DNA of 64,000 nucleotides from Nitrososphaeria archaeon (GTDB lineage: Archaea > Thermoproteota > Nitrososphaeria > Nitrososphaerales > JANXEG01): the NCBI GenBank assembly GCA_029775915.1, contig JARVKA010000004.1, forward strand, positions 56,015 through 120,014. The letters run 5' to 3'. Below, in pieces: positions 57,857-64,000 of this stretch. Below the pieces are notes generated by a model that worked only from the letters and a program-made list of their open reading frames with translations, was not told where the DNA came from and did not search any database. The translations under genes were made by a program, and so were the position numbers. Positions within the stretch are counted from its first letter, which is position 1, and each line of letters starts with the position of its first letter.

Positions 57857-59788
57857 TTAAAATACATTGGGCTTATGTTTACGAGTTACTGCAAGTTTGT
57901 TAAAGATTAATAATAATATGAAGATAATAATTCCAATCAAATCTGTGTACAATCCTGGCTCTATAAGTAAGAAGGCGCTAATCAACATGAGGATTCGCTC
58001 AAGTATGGTAGTCGGCTTAAATATATAACCTGACACTCCACATGCTAAAGCTACGGCTCCAAGCAGAGCTGTAAAGAAGGGAATAATAGTGTCTAATGGT
58101 GTTTTTACATTTAGCAAAGCTAATTGAGGGTGTAAAACGAAAACGTATGGTATGAGAAAAGCAACGAGAGCTAGTAAAGAGGCTCTAACACCAGTTTGGA
58201 ATGGAGAAGCTTTTGCAATTCCAGATGCTGCGTAAGCAGCTAATGCTACCGGAGGTGTAATATCAGCTATAATGCCAAAGTAGAAAACAAAAAGATGAGC
58301 CGCTATAGGGTGAATGCCAAGATTTATAAGGGCTGGAGCGGCTACGGACGCTGTAATAATATAATTGGCTGTTGTAGGTACACCCATTCCAAGAAGTAAG
58401 CAAGCCATTTGTGTTAAAAATAAAGCTATTAGAATATTACCTCCAGCTATTGTACTCATTACGAGGCTGAAAGTCATACCAAGTCCGGTTAAAGTTACAG
58501 CACCCACAATAATTCCAGCACAAGCACAAGCACTAGCAACTGTTAAAGCATTTCTAGCGCCTCTCTCAAGTGCATCTTTAATATCTCTTAAATTCATTCT
58601 ATTCTCCTTACTCACCATACTCACAGCTAAAACAGATATAATGCCCCAAAAGGCTGTATAAAGTGGTGATAACCCCATCATGAGTAAAAGGATGAGAATA
58701 AATAATGGTAAAATAAGGTAAGCTCTTTTTAATACGTAAATCTTTTTAGGTATTTTTTCATCTGGCAAACCCTTTAATCCTGTTCTTAAAGCCTCCATAT
58801 GAACGCCCATACCAACAGCAAAAAAGTATAATATAGCAGGAAGAGCTGCATATATACAAATATCAAAATATTTAACGCGTAAAATCTCTGCCATTATGAA
58901 CGCTGCTGCACCCATTACTGGAGGCATAAGTTGACCACCTGTAGATGCGACTGCTTCTACAGCACCTGCAAAGTAAGGCTTGTAACCTAAGCTCTTCATC
59001 ATAGGTATAGTAAAACTTCCTGTTCCAAATACATTGGCTATTGAGCTTCCACTTACTGTACCAAAAAATGCACTACCAATAACCGCAACTTTAGCAGGCC
59101 CACCTCTACTCTTACCTAATAGTGCACATGAAAAATCTATAAACCACTTCCCTACTCCAGACTTCTCTAAAAAAGCTCCAAAGAGTATGAAAAGAAAGAC
59201 AAAGGTTGATGAGACCATCAAAGGTATTCCATAAATACCAGCATGAGTAAGATACATCTCATCTACTATTCTCCAAAATGGATATCCCGGATGCTTTAAT
59301 ATACCAGGCATCCAAGGGCCAACATAGCAATATATTATAAATATAAAAGCGATAAGAGGGAGCCATATTCCAACACATCTTCTAGCAGCTTCAAGAACAA
59401 AGATAATAGCGATGGTTCCGAAGATTAAATCGTTAAGTATAGGTGCGCCTTGCCTCCATATCCATTCATTATAAAAGATGATTGTGTAAATTGAGCTACT
59501 TGTAGCTATTAAAGCTAAAGCTATGTCAAGCTTTGGTATTCTATTTGTTGGACTTTTCTTACCTGCTGGGAAGAGGAGAAAAACAAGAATAAAAACGAAA
59601 GTTAAGTGAACTGCCTTTTGTATAAACCCTACTAAAAGGCCAAAGGCTGCTGTATATAAATGAAAAAAAGACATGAGAATAGCGATTGTTGATATAATAA
59701 GGGTTGTTTTACGACTTTCAAGGGTTCTTTCTTTAAAACCCCCTCCAGAAATAAAATCTTTAAGTCTATTAAGCACTGCAACCACCAA
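57857..59788 (-). CDS. TRAP transporter fused permease (TAXI-type 4TM/12TM)
   Basis: 643-aa polytopic protein downstream of the TAXI receptor gene. Glycine-rich DctM-like blocks are present. Confidence 0.85.
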   Translation of the reverse strand: MVVAVLNRLKDFISGGGFKERTLESRKTTLIISTIAILMSFFHLYTAAFGLLVGFIQKAVHLTFVFILVFLLFPAGKKSPTNRIPKLDIALALIATSSSIYTIIFYNEWIWRQGAPILNDLIFGTIAIIFVLEAARRCVGIWLPLIAFIFIIYCYVGPWMPGILKHPGYPFWRIVDEMYLTHAGIYGIPLMVSSTFVFLFILFGAFLEKSGVGKWFIDFSCALLGKSRGGPAKVAVIGSAFFGTVSGSSIANVFGTGSFTIPMMKSLGYKPYFAGAVEAVASTGGQLMPPVMGAAAFIMAEILRVKYFDICIYAALPAILYFFAVGMGVHMEALRTGLKGLPDEKIPKKIYVLKRAYLILPLFILILLLMMGLSPLYTAFWGIISVLAVSMVSKENRMNLRDIKDALERGARNALTVASACACAGIIVGAVTLTGLGMTFSLVMSTIAGGNILIALFLTQMACLLLGMGVPTTANYIITASVAAPALINLGIHPIAAHLFVFYFGIIADITPPVALAAYAASGIAKASPFQTGVRASLLALVAFLIPYVFVLHPQLALLNVKTPLDTIIPFFTALLGAVALACGVSGYIFKPTTILERILMLISAFLLIEPGLYTDLIGIIIFILLLIFNKLAVTRKHKPNVF

Positions 59789-59823
59789 AAAAAGAAAAGG
59801 AGGGTTGTGAATTTCACGTTAGT

Positions 59824-60945
59824 TTATACCGGTATTGGAGGTATTGGAATACCTGCTTCTTTATAATATCTTTCTGCGCCTGGATGCAATGGTATTGAGA
59901 TACCCTCTAAAGCTGTTCCACGCGTTAAGTACTTTGCTGCTGCATGAGCAAGGTAGAATTGCTTCAAACCATCTTCACTTAATAAAGTCTTTATAAGTGT
60001 ATAAATAGCGATATCTGGGATATCTTCTCTACACACTAATACAGCTTTAATAGCTAAACTCTCTATATCTCCCACGCCAGTATAAGTTCCAGCAGGTATC
60101 TTTACATCAACGAAGAATGGATACTTCGCTTTAATCTTCTCTCTCATATCTTTTGGTATTGTAATAATATTCGCACCTACAATATCACAAAGCTCTTTTA
60201 TCATGGCCACGCCCAATCCTGATACTACAACTACACCGTGTATTCTACCGTCCTTAAAGTAATCTACAGCCTCGGTATCACTTAGCCTCTCAGCCTTTGC
60301 TAAATCCTTTACACTTAATCCATAAATTTCCATAATCTCCAGCATATTTTCAGTAGTCCCGCTACCTACTGGGCCTATACTAATGATCTTGCCCTTTATA
60401 TCTTCGAATGATTTAATACCTGAGTCTTTTCTTACCACTAAGTGAAAAACTTCAGGATAAATGCATACAACAGTCCTTAAATTCCTAATTTTAGTACCTT
60501 CAAACATTCTGATACCATGCCAAGCGTAATATGCTTGATCGTTCTGCACCAACCCTATATCAGCAGCACCTCCAGACATAAGTTTGATATTAGCTACGGA
60601 TGCTCCTGATGATTGAACATAAAGCCTTATAGCTGGAGGCTTATCCTCTGAAGTAAGAGCATACATAACTCGTGATAGTCCACCCATAACTGGATAATAA
60701 GTTCCAAGAACCCAACCTCCAAGCCCTCTTAAGTTATACACTTTCTCCACTGTAGGGGGTGGTGTAGTTGGTGATGGGGTTGTTGGAGTTGGTGTAATTG
60801 TAATTGTTTCTTTCACAACTTTCACGGGGAGAGAGGCATAGTAAGCGGCTATTCCACCTCCAACAATTGCTGCACCTATAATGAAGCTTACCGCATATTT
60901 AATGAAAGATCTCCTATTCTCCTTTTTTTCCGTCATAGAATTCAC
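59824..60945 (-). CDS. TAXI-family TRAP transporter solute receptor
   Basis: Tat-like/anchor N-terminus (RRSFIKY), a Thr/Pro linker, and a TAXI-like body (GGAADIGLVQND; PLHPGAERYYKE). Confidence 0.85.
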   Translation of the reverse strand: MNSMTEKKENRRSFIKYAVSFIIGAAIVGGGIAAYYASLPVKVVKETITITPTPTTPSPTTPPPTVEKVYNLRGLGGWVLGTYYPVMGGLSRVMYALTSEDKPPAIRLYVQSSGASVANIKLMSGGAADIGLVQNDQAYYAWHGIRMFEGTKIRNLRTVVCIYPEVFHLVVRKDSGIKSFEDIKGKIISIGPVGSGTTENMLEIMEIYGLSVKDLAKAERLSDTEAVDYFKDGRIHGVVVVSGLGVAMIKELCDIVGANIITIPKDMREKIKAKYPFFVDVKIPAGTYTGVGDIESLAIKAVLVCREDIPDIAIYTLIKTLLSEDGLKQFYLAHAAAKYLTRGTALEGISIPLHPGAERYYKEAGIPIPPIPV

Positions 60946-61054
60946 AATTTTTTTAAAAAAGAGGGTTAAATAAAACTTTTGCGATTAAGTCTTAATTTAT
61001 TTACATCATAATATTGATAATTTTTGTATAATTTTTGCAAAATTTAAATCCTTA

Positions 61055-61549
61055 TTATTGTCCAGATATATAAAATAATATTGGCTTGAGTATAACTTTA
61101 ATCTCTACGAGTTCACCATCTTCACAAAAATGGGTTAATGGTAAATTTATCCCCTTGAGAGAAATAGTATAATTATTTATGGACGTTATGGTTAATAGAA
61201 GTGTATTCATTGCGGGTCTTGTTATATTCTTCATAATAAACCAATCCCCCTCTTTAATTAAAACGCCATCATCGTAATTGAATGGAGCACCGCAGCATTG
61301 AAGTTTAAAGTATGATTCATGAATCTTGATTTTATTATCTTCTTGTATAATAAATAAATCTTTTACAAGTGTTTTATCTACGCTATGTATAAAGCTAATA
61401 GTAAAGCATTCTTTTGGAGAGATTGGAGATGAGAAGATGACAATGCCTTTTGAAATATTCCTAACCTCTAAGATGTGAATTGGATAAGCTAAAATAAGTA
61501 GAATAATTAATGTTATGCAAATTAAGAAGAATCTTCTTTTCCAATTCAT
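61055..61549 (-). CDS. DUF1850 domain protein (commonly linked to TAXI-TRAP operons)
   Basis: N-terminal TM segment, FIHSVDKTLV and GAPF blocks. It is positioned upstream of the TAXI receptor gene. Confidence 0.65.
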   Translation of the reverse strand: MNWKRRFFLICITLIILLILAYPIHILEVRNISKGIVIFSSPISPKECFTISFIHSVDKTLVKDLFIIQEDNKIKIHESYFKLQCCGAPFNYDDGVLIKEGDWFIMKNITRPAMNTLLLTITSINNYTISLKGINLPLTHFCEDGELVEIKVILKPILFYISGQ

Positions 61550-61697
61550 TTACTTTTTAATAGCAAATATGAATCTAAAAGCTTTTCCAAAAATTAAAAA
61601 ATAGAGCCTTGAAATCATTTTTATAAATTCTTACCGTTTTGATAAATTAAGAATATCCACAAAATTAATTAATTCCCCTTCGCTTTGAAGTTTAATT

Positions 61698-62714
61698 GTG
61701 AGGCTATTTTTAATAGGTTTCGGAGTGGTAAATCAAAGCTTTGTAAAACTTATTATGGATAGAAAAAATGAACTCATTAAAGATTTTGGGATTAATCCTA
61801 AAGTAATAGCTGTAGCTGATCGTGGTGGTGTAGCGATAAATCCTCAAGGCCTCGATTTAAATCAATTATTTTTTTATAAAGCTGAAAAAGGAAGTGTGGG
61901 ATTTATTCCTAATTACGGACGCTTAAATTTATCACCTTTAGATATAATTGAGGATATAGAGGCTGATGTTGTTATTGAAGCCACACCTACTAACATCAAA
62001 ACTGGAGAACCAGCGCTTTCACATATTATAAAGGCCATTAAATCTGGTATGCATGTTATTTCAACGAATAAAGGCCCTTTTGCTTTAGCATTTCCAATAA
62101 TTTCTGAATTGGCTAAATATAATAAAGTTCAATTAAGATTTAGTGGTACAGTTGGTGGAGGTACTCCAATTCTTCAATTTGCGAAAAAGTGCTTAAGGGG
62201 TGATAAAATAATCTCTATAAGAGGGATATTGAATGGTACAACCAATTATATCCTTACGAGAATGGAAGAGGGTTTATCATTCGATCGCGCATTGGAAGAG
62301 GCTCAAAGGCTTGGTATTGCAGAAGCTGATCCAAGTTTAGATATTGATGGTATTGATTCTGCAGCAAAATTGGTGATTTTGGCTAATTGGGTAATGGATA
62401 GAAAAGTGACTTTAAAGGATGTTCAAATAAAGGGATTGAGAGGGATAAATAATGAGGATTTGAATTCATTATTGAAGCAAGGGAAAACGATTAGATTAAT
62501 CGCAATAGCTAATGATGAGATTAAAGTCTCTCCAACTCAAATATTACTTAACGATCCATTAAATATTAAAGGATCTTTAAATGCGGTAACTTTTAGCTCA
62601 AAGTATGCTGGTGATGAAACTATTATTGGTAAAGGAGCAGGAGGTTTGGAGACTGCTAGTGCGATACTTCGTGATTTAATCGATATAAAGTATAGCTTAA
62701 TGCAAATTGATTAA
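61698..62714 (+). CDS. hom: homoserine dehydrogenase
   Basis: NGTTNYILT and AEADPSLDIDGIDSAAKLVILAN blocks, plus an N-terminal Rossmann fold. Confidence 0.9.
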   Translation: MRLFLIGFGVVNQSFVKLIMDRKNELIKDFGINPKVIAVADRGGVAINPQGLDLNQLFFYKAEKGSVGFIPNYGRLNLSPLDIIEDIEADVVIEATPTNIKTGEPALSHIIKAIKSGMHVISTNKGPFALAFPIISELAKYNKVQLRFSGTVGGGTPILQFAKKCLRGDKIISIRGILNGTTNYILTRMEEGLSFDRALEEAQRLGIAEADPSLDIDGIDSAAKLVILANWVMDRKVTLKDVQIKGLRGINNEDLNSLLKQGKTIRLIAIANDEIKVSPTQILLNDPLNIKGSLNAVTFSSKYAGDETIIGKGAGGLETASAILRDLIDIKYSLMQID

Positions 62715-63184
62715 AACTAATGTTATATAAGCCATCTCAAATATTTATTGAGATTATGTGAACTTAATATCTCCAATTGCAAGCTAAAAGGTTAAGCATA
62801 AAAATCCAGATTTTCAATTAATGATGATATGAGTGTTACAAGAGGAGAATTTGTAAAAGGCTTTGAGTCTTTTTCACCTTTGCGAAATCACAATTTTGTA
62901 CCATTTCTCTTTCTTATCATATTTCTTAGCCCTATAATGTATTTACATACCATATCCATAATTCATGAATATCAATGACTTCTTCTCACATTATTGAATA
63001 ATCTGCTTAAGAAAGAGCTTAATATTCAATATACTTCTCGTATATGATAATCTCATTAAAAGCTCCCATATTACATCTCTAGCAATTTACACATAGAATC
63101 TTAACAATTCTGAATAATGAATTCATTAATGGATGCACAATTATTTCACTCTCTTTTAATCATACTTTTATTACAATTGCATCA

Positions 63185-64000
63185 TTATGAAGCAGTATGT
63201 ACTTTAATAGTACGCCTACCGAGATATATCAATATGATAATAAAGAGTGTGACGATTAAGCCCATCGGTCGTATTAATAAACCTAATGGATTCGTTGAGT
63301 ATTGAAGTAACGCTCTCCTTAAATGCAAGTCTGTTATCTTACCGATCAATATGCCTAAAACCATGGGTGGGATTGGATAATTGTAAACTTTCATAAAGTA
63401 ACCCAATACCCCAAAAATGAACATAATGAAAATATCGAAAATGGTGAATTCAACACCCCAACTACCAAGTATACATAAAATGATAATAATAGGGAATAAA
63501 ATTTCTCTAGGTAAGGAGAGAAGTGTGATTGCATACTTAGAAAGTAAGTAAGCTACTAAAAAGCATATAATACTTGAGAGGAGGATAAATACAACAATAT
63601 TGCTCAAAAAGCCAGGCCTTTCGATTAAAAGTAATGGACCAGGTCTTACCCCATAAATAAAAAGAGCAGCTAAAATTACCGCTGTTGGACCACTACCCGG
63701 TATACCAAATACTAATGTAGGGAATAAAGCTCCAGCTAAAGTTGTATTATCAGCAACCTCTGCAGCTATCACACCTTCAAAACTCCCTTTACCAAACTCC
63801 TCCTTTCTTTTAGAAGATCGTTTCGCTGCATCATATGCAACCCAAGGCGAAACCGATTCACCTATACCTGGAATAAAGCCTATCCATAAGCCGATGAGTG
63901 TTGAACGAATTATCGTAATAATATTCTTTAATATTAATGATAAATTGATGATTGCAAATCCACGTTCACCAGAGATTACATAAGGTTCTTTTTCTTTCAA
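63185..64000 (-). CDS. tctA: tripartite tricarboxylate transporter TctA-family permease, C-terminal part (5' end beyond window)
   Basis: AAEVADNTTLAGALFPTLVFGIPGSGPTAV block and multiple TM segments. The ORF is open to the window edge. Confidence 0.85.
   Translation of the reverse strand: MKEKEPYVISGERGFAIINLSLILKNIITIIRSTLIGLWIGFIPGIGESVSPWVAYDAAKRSSKRKEEFGKGSFEGVIAAEVADNTTLAGALFPTLVFGIPGSGPTAVILAALFIYGVRPGPLLLIERPGFLSNIVVFILLSSIICFLVAYLLSKYAITLLSLPREILFPIIIILCILGSWGVEFTIFDIFIMFIFGVLGYFMKVYNYPIPPMVLGILIGKITDLHLRRALLQYSTNPLGLLIRPMGLIVTLFIIILIYLGRRTIKVHTAS

Noticed and set aside
62818-62870. Possible C/D-box sRNA (AATGATGA at ~62820), and a similar TGATGA at ~2331
   Set aside because: No CTGA D or D' boxes lie at the required spacing, and there is no terminal pairing. 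TGATGA alone is expected by chance in AT-rich DNA.
63117-63305. 62-aa plus-strand ORF overlapping the 3' end of tctA
   Set aside because: It is the antisense or overlap of a well-supported permease gene, with no motif and an AT-rich leader.

Overview
AT-rich archaeal chromosome segment. Archaeal markers are GatD/GatE, ABCE1, a Trm5/Taw-type methyltransferase, a LonC-like protease and an SSV-type integrase. The tungsten-type AOR, rubrerythrin and flavodiiron protein suggest an anaerobe. About 60 protein genes, one tRNA, no rRNA and no CRISPR array. Most of the window is housekeeping and transport: pyrD-pyrK, a DtxR-family repressor with feoAB, AOR plus a MoaD-like protein, a 5-gene Opp/Dpp-type ABC importer, a PrpD-family protein, a DegT aminotransferase, FprA, asnS, a GT-B glycosyltransferase, AMMECR1, Mut7-C, an FmdE-like protein with a Fe/B12-type ABC importer, gatDE, an Ard1-type acetyltransferase, ATP-dependent DNA ligase, a TAXI-TRAP transporter with DUF1850, hom and tctA. 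Accessory content sits in three places. (1) 39270-44416 is a 5.1-kb integrated element in tRNA-Ile(GAU). It is bounded by perfect 58-bp direct repeats and has an integrase gene split into N and C fragments by integration (SSV1-type). It carries a DNA methyltransferase, a PD-ExK candidate nuclease and repeat-rich non-coding DNA. (2) 47.9-51.5 kb holds a NurA-like/HerA-like operon, without mre11/rad50, preceded by two paralogous small wHTH proteins and a perfect 19-nt palindrome in the divergent promoter. (3) 19.9-28.4 kb is a patchy, partly decayed island: VapBC, a wHTH-Mrr-like nuclease, a LonC-like pseudo-ATPase protease, a wHTH-fused LigD-PolDom-type primase-polymerase, a small nuclease-like ORF and a frameshifted DUF91/NucS-like pseudogene. 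Other points are a roughly 50% G+C intergenic island at 34.9-35.2 kb that looks like a structured RNA, collinear conserved upstream blocks shared by the rubrerythrin and hemerythrin-like genes, and a tRNA-Ile with a ~15-nt D-loop insertion. All functional calls come from reading motifs by eye; no database search was possible.
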